Of a DNA stretch of 26,143 bases, positions 19,301 through 26,143 are shown one piece after another. The notes below the pieces were generated by a model. The model ran no database searches, was not told the DNA's origin, and saw only the letters and a program-made list of their open reading frames with translations. Numbering within the stretch: the first letter of the stretch is position 1; every line of letters begins with the position of its first letter. Position numbers and translations under genes: made by a program. This DNA is from Methanothrix sp. Its GTDB lineage: Archaea; Halobacteriota; Methanosarcinia; Methanotrichales; Methanotrichaceae. The stretch lies in contig JBAXWY010000040.1 of NCBI GenBank assembly GCA_037128175.1, forward strand, positions 1 to 26,143. The letters are read 5' to 3'.

Positions 19301-19581
19301 AGGCCAACGAGACCGTTGTAAGCCGCAAGAATACGACGGTCAAAGCAGGCGAGAACACTACGGTCAGCTTCAGCTACAAGCCCAAGGACCCGGGATTGAC
19401 CAGAATCAGCCTGGATGAGCAGAGCAAGACGGTAAACGTGGAGAAGGCAGAGAGCAAAAACTGGCTCATCGCTCTGATCCTGGTGCTGCTCATATCCATC
19501 GGGGCCGGGTACTATCTCTACTCGACGGGAGAGCTGGACGGTCTGCAAAGACAGGTTAAGAAAATGATGCAAGGGCGATAG
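16357..19581 (+). CDS. S-layer domain protein (tandem DUF1608 repeats, Ig-like/CARDB-like domains, C-terminal TM anchor)
   Basis: Signal peptide; two repeats of YTWTPQTFSGFFYD/FTWTPYNFEGFYYD, Y(Q/D)VIGFMADKYFAGY, LEEGYELRIKQ(I/V)DLNGNKVYLALA; C-terminal WLIALILVLLISIGAGYYLY. Start moved to 16357 after a GGAGGA RBS. Confidence 0.9.
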   Translation: MDHVRVGGVCLLLLIIAAALPISVLAQTPSENDNAANGAAPIISQSLLSKSTQGEDISAEKLAKRTTGLKPLATTKSMESQTSSTASQTNAAKAAPAQAASTPPAASTPTADATAPAADATVTPDMIASDTVATPTSTESSLAPLASETVSTPENLTLGAVVSNENATQNEFASASPNASENVSSNASEIKLSDSPSSDSTSNETEFGTDRIWREGISPLEYTWTPQTFSGFFYDLKNDVGTEKLTIRLQTSGRSIDSGDLTYSTNAQDTDFEFSDWGSYQVIGFMADKYFAGYKANDVFDKDRSLINDGQLRRVLMDRSDESTITTGSVMPLEEGYELRIKQIDLNGNKVYLALAKDGEEVDSKVVSPENAKSATYQYKVDISGEDTAIVLAHISNVFASAESALVTVDGLFQISDTFAAVEDGDKYDKMKVTSVSDQGVEMDNEDSLTLRKGSTTKIFGNVGFLVADADEIRFAPVVERTGNYDVRGTVINPSETKEFTWTPYNFEGFYYDIDDDVGTESLKVTISGSKIEEKDLIYKTSPQPVKFKFENWGKYDVIGFMADKYFAGYNNETKFTNEESAINEGQLRRVLRDSDDSQTIASGSVLSLEEGYELRIKQVDLNGNKVYLALAQDGKEVDSKVVTPSADPTDKASNYLYKVDMGSLKDVPIIAAHVQSVFRSTESDLATVDAVFQVSENPESVEQGEIHGKMKVEDLGTDGITMVNDGTISLGRGRVIEIMENLKIEVADSTKRLLAPIATKTGSGKEMTLSLPEGVVNQPVSISVKSGTSGLSGVQIQMNGSSIATTDVTGSISYTPANVGTFQIIAKKSGYNDVMASLIVRTAAEATRQSAFEKANTTLANQLTINAPAEVIKGENFLISVVQGINQTPVDAASLFLDEESIGSTSIQGTMTYSANVTGEHSLKAEKEGLNSANRKIKISSSLRVVNLTVPDKANAGSEMKITAIVENVGINDDSRLLELKANETVVSRKNTTVKAGENTTVSFSYKPKDPGLTRISLDEQSKTVNVEKAESKNWLIALILVLLISIGAGYYLYSTGELDGLQRQVKKMMQGR

Positions 19582-19618
19582 GCAGAGTCGCCCTTTTACC
19601 TCATTTTCCTTTTTTTTA
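19571..19618 (+). terminator. Hairpin plus oligo-T terminator after the S-layer gene
   Basis: AAGGGCGA (19571-19578) / TCGCCCTT (19588-19595) inverted repeat followed by TTTT and a long T run. Confidence 0.65.
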
Positions 19619-19722
19619 GATAATTAAGTCCTTGCATATCCATGGGAATTATTGATATACCCTGACGTTTCCTCTCATGGCACTGTATCGCATAGGCAGA
19701 ACGAATCAAATTTCACCAGGGT

Positions 19723-21057
19723 ATGAAAATGAATTACTGGCAACCGAAAATGGAGCTCATGGAGAGAAAGGAGCTGGAAGAGCTGCAACTGCAGCGGCTC
19801 AAGAGCGTTGTAGAGAAGGTTTACAAAAACGTTCCCTTTTACGAGAAAAAATTCAAGCAGGCAGGCATCACCCCAGAGGACATCAAGAGCCTCAAGGACC
19901 TGGCAAAGCTGCCCACTACCAAAAAGCAGGATCTGCGAGACAACTATCCCTTCGGCCTCTTTGCCGTTCCGCTAGAGGAAGTGGTGCGGGTACATGCCTC
20001 TTCCGGCACTACCGGCAAGCCCACCGTGGTCGGCTACACGGCCAAAGACATCGAGACCTGGTCGGACCTCATGGCCCGCGACTTTGTCATGGTCGGGGTC
20101 AAGAAGGGCGATATATTCCAGAACGCTGTGAACTACGGCTTTTTTACGGGCGGTCTCGGGGTGCACTACGGCATCGAACGCATGGGGGCCATGGCGGTGC
20201 CATCCGGCGTGGGCAACACGGAGCGGCAGCTCGAGATCATGATGGACTTCGCTGTGACGGTGCTGCACTGCACACCTTCTTACGCGCTTTACCTGGCGGA
20301 GACGGCTAAGGCCAGGGGCGTGGTGGACCGACTAAAGCTACGCATCGGCTGCTTTGGAGCCGAGCCCTGGTCGGATGAATCGAGAAAGGAGCTGGAGGAG
20401 ACACTGCACATCAAAGCCTACGACTCCTACGGCCTCTCCGAGATGATGGGTCCGGGCGTGGCCTTCGAGTGCCAGGAGCAAAATGGCCTGCACATCTGGG
20501 AAGACCACTTCCTCATCGAGATTCTGGATGAAAATGAGCAGCCATGCGCACCGGGAGAGCCGGGCGAGCTGGTAATAACCTCGCTTACCAAAGAGGCCAT
20601 GCCGCTCATCAGATACCACACGGGCGACGTAACCTACATCATGGAAGAAAAATGCCCATGCAAACGCACCAGCAGAAAGCTTCACAGGTTCCTGGGCCGG
20701 GCGGACGACATGCTCATTGTGCGCGGCATCAACGTCTTCCCCAGCCAGATAGAGGATGTGCTGGTCAGCATCCCTGAGATTGGCAACTACTTCCAGGTGG
20801 TCGTGGACAGAAAGAAGCACGGTCTGGACGAGATCAGCATCCAGGTGGAACTTAAGGACGAGGCCTTCACCGGCGAACTCACGGACCTGGCAAGGATCCA
20901 GAAGAAGACAGAAGAGAAGATCAAGTCCGTGCTCAATGTGAGAAGCAAGATCGAGCTGGTGGAGAAGGGGTCCATACCCAGAACGGCCGGAAAGTCAAAG
21001 AAGGTCGTAGATCTGCGCGACGTCTACGCCAAGGACGAGAAAGCGAAGAAAAAGTGA
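19723..21057 (+). CDS. paaK: Phenylacetate-CoA ligase family (ANL adenylating enzyme)
   Basis: RVHASSGTTGKPTVVGYT, DLRDNYPFGLFAVP, GAEPWS, DSYGLSE, LIRYHTGD, GRADDMLIVRGINVFPSQIE. Confidence 0.92.
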   Translation: MKMNYWQPKMELMERKELEELQLQRLKSVVEKVYKNVPFYEKKFKQAGITPEDIKSLKDLAKLPTTKKQDLRDNYPFGLFAVPLEEVVRVHASSGTTGKPTVVGYTAKDIETWSDLMARDFVMVGVKKGDIFQNAVNYGFFTGGLGVHYGIERMGAMAVPSGVGNTERQLEIMMDFAVTVLHCTPSYALYLAETAKARGVVDRLKLRIGCFGAEPWSDESRKELEETLHIKAYDSYGLSEMMGPGVAFECQEQNGLHIWEDHFLIEILDENEQPCAPGEPGELVITSLTKEAMPLIRYHTGDVTYIMEEKCPCKRTSRKLHRFLGRADDMLIVRGINVFPSQIEDVLVSIPEIGNYFQVVVDRKKHGLDEISIQVELKDEAFTGELTDLARIQKKTEEKIKSVLNVRSKIELVEKGSIPRTAGKSKKVVDLRDVYAKDEKAKKK

Positions 21058-21068
21058 ATGTGTTGATG

Positions 21069-21100
21069 GCTGCAGAATGCTTGTGCCATCTGCAGCTTTT
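21069..21100. terminator. Inverted repeat between convergent paaK and NYN genes
   Basis: GCTGCAGA (21069-21076) / TCTGCAGC (21089-21096) followed by TTTT. Confidence 0.5.
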
Positions 21101-21121
21101 GAATCTTTATGGTTCATTTAT

Positions 21122-21655
21122 TTAGCGAGTCACCTGGCTTATGAGATTCTGTCCTATGACTGCGCTCTCGTCCACGGCAGAGAGCAGCTCGTCGTGGATG
21201 GAGCTTTGCGAGTAGTAGAGCGTCACCAGCACGCCGGCCTCCTTTGCCGCCTCTATGGCCGGCAAGAAATCACTGTCACCAGTGACGATGACCGCCTTTC
21301 CGATCATCCTGCCGCAACTTAGCCGCACCAGATCAACAGCTAAAGCGATGTCCACCCTCTTTTGGATAAACTCGCCGCCCACGCAGCCCAGGCGCCCCAG
21401 CTTCACCTCGAATCTGGGAAGCTTTCGTAGTGTGTAGACGAACTTGTCCATGGCGGCAAACCTGCGACGCTCGTCCTCCGTGGGAGGGCAGCTCTGGTAA
21501 GGCATGCAATTATAATAATATGTCCTCAGCCGCTCATAATTGCCGCAAAGAATATCCGAAAATCCGGCCAGGTCGATCTTGGGCTTGCCAAAATCAACAT
21601 CTAGAATCTTGGTTAAATAAGCACCATCAATAAATACCGCAGCACGGTCCGCCAA
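21122..21655 (-). CDS. NYN domain (LabA/DUF88, PIN-like) protein
   Basis: AVFIDGAYL, RTYYY, QKRVDIALAVD, IVTGDSDFLPAIEAAKEAGVLV, L..AVD; TTG start with AGGTGGGA RBS. Confidence 0.9.
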   Translation of the reverse strand: MADRAAVFIDGAYLTKILDVDFGKPKIDLAGFSDILCGNYERLRTYYYNCMPYQSCPPTEDERRRFAAMDKFVYTLRKLPRFEVKLGRLGCVGGEFIQKRVDIALAVDLVRLSCGRMIGKAVIVTGDSDFLPAIEAAKEAGVLVTLYYSQSSIHDELLSAVDESAVIGQNLISQVTR

Positions 21656-21883
21656 AATTGTTTCCCACCTTAATTTATAATTACTGCCGTCCGCTTCGAA
21701 CGGCAGTGACCATTATCCTCGCATCACTCTCATTCAATGGTATATCAAATTTGTGTTTGGTACAAATCCAGCTCCTTTGGTAGACTTAATCCACGACCAT
21801 CTATAAATATATGTGGTACACTGCCGGCAGAACAATTCCGCCTAGGCCAACGTGACGTGCCAAGCAATTTATTGGCCCTTTGC

Positions 21884-22321
21884 TTACTGGCTTATCGCGA
21901 TCTCCACGAGTTTAATCTCGAAGGTCAAGGTCTGTTCGGAGAGCGGGTGGTTGGCATCGAGAGTAACGGTACTCTCTTCGATCTCGGTAATCTGGACGGG
22001 AACCATTACGCCATTGGGGGCGCATACTTCAAGAGTCATGCCCACCGCAGGTACGATATCCTCGGGAAGATTTGTTTTATCAATTTTAATCACTCGATCT
22101 TCCCTGTACCGGCCATAGGCTTTCTCCGGAGGGATATGCACCGTCTTAGATTCGCCGGGACTCATTCCCACCACCGCCTCTTCAAATCCTAGGATGAGGC
22201 CGCCAGAGCCTAATTCGAACTGCAGAGGATCGGAGCCTTCTGAGGTATCAAAGAGAACGCCCGTATCTAGCTTGCCGCTGTAATGCACCTTTACGGTGTC
22301 GCCAATTTTCGCTTGCGTCAT
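21884..22321 (-). CDS. FKBP-type peptidyl-prolyl cis-trans isomerase (short SlyD-like, with IF domain)
   Basis: GDTVKVHYSGKL..G.LFDTS, LILGFEEAVVGM, IPPEKAYG, LDANHPLSEQTLTFEI. Confidence 0.94.
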   Translation of the reverse strand: MTQAKIGDTVKVHYSGKLDTGVLFDTSEGSDPLQFELGSGGLILGFEEAVVGMSPGESKTVHIPPEKAYGRYREDRVIKIDKTNLPEDIVPAVGMTLEVCAPNGVMVPVQITEIEESTVTLDANHPLSEQTLTFEIKLVEIAISQ

Positions 22322-22491
22322 TTGTTATCCGCCTCTTATTTTCCACCTATTTTCCGAAAAAACCAACTTGATATGTGCAGCTCCAACTATTTAGATGGAA
22401 CGATTTATGCAAGATTAGAGAAGGTCTAATATCCTAGTAGCGACAACATTCAAGAGAAAGATAAGATAGAATGACAAGGTGAAATTGAGAT

Positions 22492-23370
22492 ATGAAAAGA
22501 TGGAAGTCTGATCGAGGACTCGAAGCGAGAATGCTCCTTACTATGGGCCTGCTGGCCGTGCTCTACCTAGGTTTTTTAGCCATTTTGCTATCCATGGGAG
22601 TCAGTCAGATGGTGATAATACTGTTCATGGGCGGGTTCATGTTCCTGCAGTATTTCTATTCTGACAAGCTGATCCTGCGATCCATGGGTGCGAAGATCGT
22701 CACGGAGAGCGAAGAGCCAGAGCTTCATCAGATCGTGTCCAGGCTCTGTGCCAATGCAGATCTGCCCATGCCAAAAATTGCCGTAGTGAAGACCAGCATG
22801 CCCAATGCCTTTGCTACCGGCAGAAATCAAAAGAATGCCGTGGTGGCTGTGACGACGGGCATAATGGCGCGGCTCGACAACAATGAGCTGGAAGCGGTGC
22901 TGGCCCATGAGCTGACTCACGTCAAGAACAGGGATATGATGGTCATGACAATCGCCACATTCCTATCATCCATGGCCCAGATACTGGTGCAGTGGCTGCC
23001 ATACTTTGGCGGAGGCAGTCGCGATCGCGATTCCGGCAGCAACTTCGTAGTGCTGTTCCTGGTCTCCCTGGTGGTCTGGATAGTGAGCTTTATTCTCATT
23101 CGCACCCTCTCTCGGTACCGGGAGTTCGCAGCCGACCGCGGCGCTGCAATCATGACCGGGCAACCGTCGCATCTCGTCTCTGCGTTGAAGAAGATCAGCG
23201 GCTTTAAGGTTCCCACGGAAGACCTGAGAAAGGTGGAGGGGCCGGTCAGCGCGCTCTTTATCACGCCTGCTATTTCCGGCTCGTCCTTCATGAGACTGTT
23301 CTCCACTCACCCTACTCTGGAAGCCAGGATTGCTGCACTGCAGAATATCGAGATGGAACTGGAGGCCTGA
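22492..23370 (+). CDS. htpX: Zinc metalloprotease HtpX (peptidase M48)
   Basis: PNAFATGR, VAVTTG, AVLAHELTHVKNRD (HEXXH), SRYREFAADRGAA, LFSTHP. Confidence 0.95.
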   Translation: MKRWKSDRGLEARMLLTMGLLAVLYLGFLAILLSMGVSQMVIILFMGGFMFLQYFYSDKLILRSMGAKIVTESEEPELHQIVSRLCANADLPMPKIAVVKTSMPNAFATGRNQKNAVVAVTTGIMARLDNNELEAVLAHELTHVKNRDMMVMTIATFLSSMAQILVQWLPYFGGGSRDRDSGSNFVVLFLVSLVVWIVSFILIRTLSRYREFAADRGAAIMTGQPSHLVSALKKISGFKVPTEDLRKVEGPVSALFITPAISGSSFMRLFSTHPTLEARIAALQNIEMELEA

Positions 23371-23371
23371 G

Positions 23372-23935
23372 ATGGGGTTTTTGGACTCCATTCTGGGAAA
23401 GACACGGCTTCCAGAGGCAAAGACAGACAAGCTCTTTGCCATCTCCACTGCCGCCGTCACCTTAGACGCGAGCCTGGGTTACAAGGCGGACGGAGCGGCT
23501 GGAGTCTGCATCAAGCCCATGGAGTCATCCCGCTACGAAGCGGCCAGAGCTGAGATCGAGGAGCTGCTCAAAATAAGCATCAAGGAGACAGGCACCGAGT
23601 ATAAAATCCATAAGGATGAATACAATTATGTTTGGGTGGTTTTGGCGGATCCGGACTTCGAAGATCTGGTGACCAACATCCAAATGGTAAGCCAGATCCT
23701 CATGGAGCAGGGCTTCGGAACGCAGCTTCTGGCGGCCGTCTACCGCTTCCGGGGCGAGGCTGTAATTTACTGGATCTATAACTTCAAGCTGGGCTCTTAC
23801 TATCCCTTTGTACCGACAAGCGACCGGCAGCGCGACACATCCCGGGAGTTTCGGCTGAAAGCTCTGATGGAGAAGGAAATGCCCATCGAGAAGGACGAGA
23901 GCAAGTGGTATCCTATGTGGGGGATGCCGCTTTAG
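23372..23935 (+). CDS. PspA-associated protein B (PspAB)-like protein
   Basis: MGFLDSILG...LFAISTAAVTL...GVC, DEYNYVWVV, GFGTQLLAAV, YWIYNFKLGSYYPFVP...RD...E, WYPMWGMPL; starts 1 nt after the htpX stop with a GGAGG RBS (start moved from 23330). Family recognised from memory. Confidence 0.75.
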   Translation: MGFLDSILGKTRLPEAKTDKLFAISTAAVTLDASLGYKADGAAGVCIKPMESSRYEAARAEIEELLKISIKETGTEYKIHKDEYNYVWVVLADPDFEDLVTNIQMVSQILMEQGFGTQLLAAVYRFRGEAVIYWIYNFKLGSYYPFVPTSDRQRDTSREFRLKALMEKEMPIEKDESKWYPMWGMPL

Positions 23936-23991
23936 TAATTAGCACGTAAAAATTGCCACCAACCATTTGTCCCAGATATGAGGTTAGTAAA

Positions 23992-24558
23992 ATGAGATTG
24001 GCAAGCGTACTGTTATTTGCAATATTGCTTTCAGGTTTATCTTGTGCTATGGAACCGGGTGAAATCGCAGCGCCTAGCATTAAAGCTCCGAACATGGACA
24101 TGCCAAAGCCTATTATCACAAGTCCGAACATGAATACGCCTGAGCCAAAAAATAATCCCAACCAAACCGGCAGCACAATTGCTAACCAGAATCAAGTGAC
24201 AAAGGCCATACCAAATGATGTGAGCGGCAAATGGTCGATAAGATTCGATGATCGGCCAGACATGTCACTTGATCTGACCCTTTGGTCGTCCGGCAGAACC
24301 AAGGTAATGGGTTATGGCACACTGACAAAGGGAGGCACAGGGAATTCTGTGACTGCCAGTGGTTCTTTTGCCGAGGAGGAACTTATATTGGCCGTTCAAT
24401 CGGCTGAATCAGAATACGCAAAAGAAAAATATGAAGAGTGCGATCTCGACCTGTTTGTGGTAAATAATACAGCAAATAATACCCTGACCGGAACTTATAT
24501 TCTCAGCTCCGGCGGCGAATTCCTGGGTGACGGAAATGCCAGGGCAGTAAAGCGCTAA
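23992..24558 (+). CDS. Secreted hypothetical protein (Pro-rich linker plus beta-rich domain)
   Basis: Signal peptide MRLASVLLFAILLSGLSCA after a GAGGT RBS (start moved from 23953); APSIKAPNMDMPKP...SPNMNTPEP linker; DVSGKWS beta-strand domain. Confidence 0.75.
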   Translation: MRLASVLLFAILLSGLSCAMEPGEIAAPSIKAPNMDMPKPIITSPNMNTPEPKNNPNQTGSTIANQNQVTKAIPNDVSGKWSIRFDDRPDMSLDLTLWSSGRTKVMGYGTLTKGGTGNSVTASGSFAEEELILAVQSAESEYAKEKYEECDLDLFVVNNTANNTLTGTYILSSGGEFLGDGNARAVKR

Positions 24559-25241
24559 TCGACGCAGATTTGTATTGTGCTGTCGTAAACCTTCTCACTG
24601 GATAGCTCGGTCACTTTGCCGGCTTTTGTGACGAGATATTCAATGGCATAATATGGAAGCGAGCCGCAGCCACATAGTTCACTATCGAATAGATGAACCT
24701 TAAAGCCCTCTTCGCTCACTTCTGCGTATGTCGGCTTTATTGCAGATGTTACTGGGAAGTAACCCTCCGGGACGGATGTATCATATCTTGGCAATGAGCT
24801 TGTCAGTGCCACGGCAAAAGCCAATGCCTCCTCTTTTGTCTCGACCGGTGCAAATATAGACTGGAATTCCTCAATGCTTTCGATCAACTTGAATTCTTCG
24901 CCCTGCTTGGCGATATATCTGCGGAACAACGGCATCATGCAGCCCTCCCGGACTATGCCCTCACGGGAATTGTAGTCTTTGCTTAGAAAGAGGCATTCGA
25001 CCAAAGGCAACGGTGGGGAAAGGTTTTCTAATGCGCGAGAAGCGTTAGAGATCTGCATGCAGCCAAATCTCTCCTCAAGTCCCAAGCTGCCACAATTAAG
25101 ACGGTAACCATCGATAGAACAACCAGCATCGATGAACGCATTCGAGTCGATACTGGTGTTTGATGCAATTGATCCGGATATCAGCATGCAGGCAAAAACG
25201 AGGGCCATGAGACCTAATAAGATGTATCTGTCTGGAAACAA
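24555..25241 (-). CDS. Secreted/membrane-anchored Cys-rich hypothetical protein
   Basis: Likely TTG start at 25241 after a GGTGAT RBS; hydrophobic N-terminus; several Cys (GCMMP, LCGCG, ICVD). The first ~22 codons of the 25349 ORF are IS left-end DNA. Confidence 0.7.
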   Translation of the reverse strand: MFPDRYILLGLMALVFACMLISGSIASNTSIDSNAFIDAGCSIDGYRLNCGSLGLEERFGCMQISNASRALENLSPPLPLVECLFLSKDYNSREGIVREGCMMPLFRRYIAKQGEEFKLIESIEEFQSIFAPVETKEEALAFAVALTSSLPRYDTSVPEGYFPVTSAIKPTYAEVSEEGFKVHLFDSELCGCGSLPYYAIEYLVTKAGKVTELSSEKVYDSTIQICVD

Positions 25242-25283
25242 GGAAATCACCAGCTTATGGATAACCAAATAACCACCATTTAT

Positions 25284-26143
25284 CTTGTTGGGTACAGGGG
25301 TAGAGAAGACCCCAGACTTCAGGCTGGGGATGAATCGTACCCCTGTCATGATTACTTTCGCTGCGCACTAATTGACTTAATATAGCATGGAACGACCACA
25401 TTAAGTTAATATGAAAACGGCCTACAAGTTCCGGCTATACCCAAACAGGCAACAAGAAGCACAATTGGCCTTAACGCTGGATACCTGCAGGCATCTTTGG
25501 AATAAAGCACTTGCTGATCGCAAAAATGCCTGGGAACGCGAAGGCATAACCAGATCTTACGAAGATCAGGCAGCTTTGCTGGTTTTTGAGAAACAGTCAA
25601 ATCCATACCTCAATGCCGTCCATTCTCAGGTCGAACAGGATGTCTTAAGGAGGCTTCAGAAATCCTTTGATAACTTCTTTCGAAGAGTTCGCGAAGGGGC
25701 TCAAAAAAAAGGCTACCCTCGGTTCAAGTCCATTAACCGTTATAGCTCGATTACCTATCCTCAGTCAGGGTTCAAGCTGAACGGCACCAGGCTGATACTG
25801 TCAAAAATTTCCGGCGGCATTAGAACCTTTGTGCATAGGCCTATTGTTGGCAGGATCAAAACCTGTTCCATCAAGCGAGATAAGACAAATGCATGGTATG
25901 TCATATTTACGACCGAGCTTGAGAATCCAACCAAGCTGAAGCCCAAGACCGCGATCGGAGTAGACCTTGGCATCACTCATGCAGCCGTAACAACGGACGG
26001 TCAGTACTTCGACTATCCAAAGTACCATGTCCAAGCTGAGAAGAAAAATCGGGCTGCCAATAAATCGTTGCACCGCAAGAAGCCGGGTTCCAATAACCGG
26101 AAGAAAGCCCAGACAAAGTTGGCCCGGATCGCAAAGAGGGTAA
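25284..26143 (+). mobile_element. IS200/IS605-family element, IS1341-like (left end plus tnpB; no tnpA upstream), truncated by the window end
   Basis: Subterminal hairpin CCCCAG-ACTTCAGG-CTGGGG (25310-25329) inside outer inverted repeat ACAGGGGTA/TACCCCTGT (25294-25302 / 25338-25346), then tnpB. Left boundary after TTTAT (25279-25283) is inferred. Confidence 0.85.
25411..26143 (+). CDS. tnpB: RNA-guided endonuclease TnpB (partial; continues past the window)
   Basis: Manual translation: MKTAYKFRLYPNRQQE...CRHLWN...SQVEQDVLRRLQKSFDNFF...GYPRFK...SITYPQSGF...WYVIF...AIGVDLGI (RuvC-I Asp)...GSNNRKKA; open to the window end, so absent from the ORF track. Confidence 0.95.
   Translation, partial: MKTAYKFRLYPNRQQEAQLALTLDTCRHLWNKALADRKNAWEREGITRSYEDQAALLVFEKQSNPYLNAVHSQVEQDVLRRLQKSFDNFFRRVREGAQKKGYPRFKSINRYSSITYPQSGFKLNGTRLILSKISGGIRTFVHRPIVGRIKTCSIKRDKTNAWYVIFTTELENPTKLKPKTAIGVDLGITHAAVTTDGQYFDYPKYHVQAEKKNRAANKSLHRKKPGSNNRKKAQTKLARIAKRV

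Noticed and set aside
19677-20309. 210-aa alternate-frame ORF overlapping paaK
   Set aside because: Arg/Gly-rich shadow frame of a high-GC3 gene.
5785-21655. Three PIN-fold genes (PIN remnant, HARP, NYN) as one RNA-defence system
   Set aside because: Dispersed, differently oriented, from different PIN subfamilies and separated by housekeeping genes; no evidence of a shared operon.
25406-26073. Minus-strand ORFs 25406..25606, 25761..25976 and 25801..26073
   Set aside because: Antisense shadows of tnpB; none has the HUH/Y1 or serine-recombinase motifs of TnpA.

Overview
Chromosomal window from a methanogenic archaeon, most likely Methanotrichaceae/Methanosarcinales (inferred from fmdFACDB gene order, a DUF1608-type S-layer protein and an NrpRII-like gene). 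In order it holds: a formylmethanofuran dehydrogenase operon (fmdF-A-C-D-B, Cys- not Sec-ligated); an unannotated 5'-truncated PIN-domain remnant; an NrpRII-like nitrogen regulator divergent from a protein-only RNase P (HARP) gene that is tightly followed by a radical SAM/SPASM-Twitch gene; a membrane hybrid histidine kinase plus a tandem paralogue cut off exactly at the H-box; a conserved hypothetical gene; RNase Z; an unannotated 39-aa membrane microprotein ORF; a secreted protein divergent from a large S-layer protein; paaK; an NYN nuclease; an FKBP PPIase; htpX-pspAB; two secreted hypotheticals; and the left end plus tnpB of an IS200/IS605 (IS1341-like) element that runs off the window and is missing from the ORF track. 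No CRISPR array, rRNA or tRNA was seen. No clearly novel multi-gene system is proven. The best leads are the HARP-radical SAM coupling near RNase Z, the kinase-less sensor paralogue, the microprotein and the TnpB element sitting in a neighbouring promoter. All family assignments are by motif recognition, not database search.
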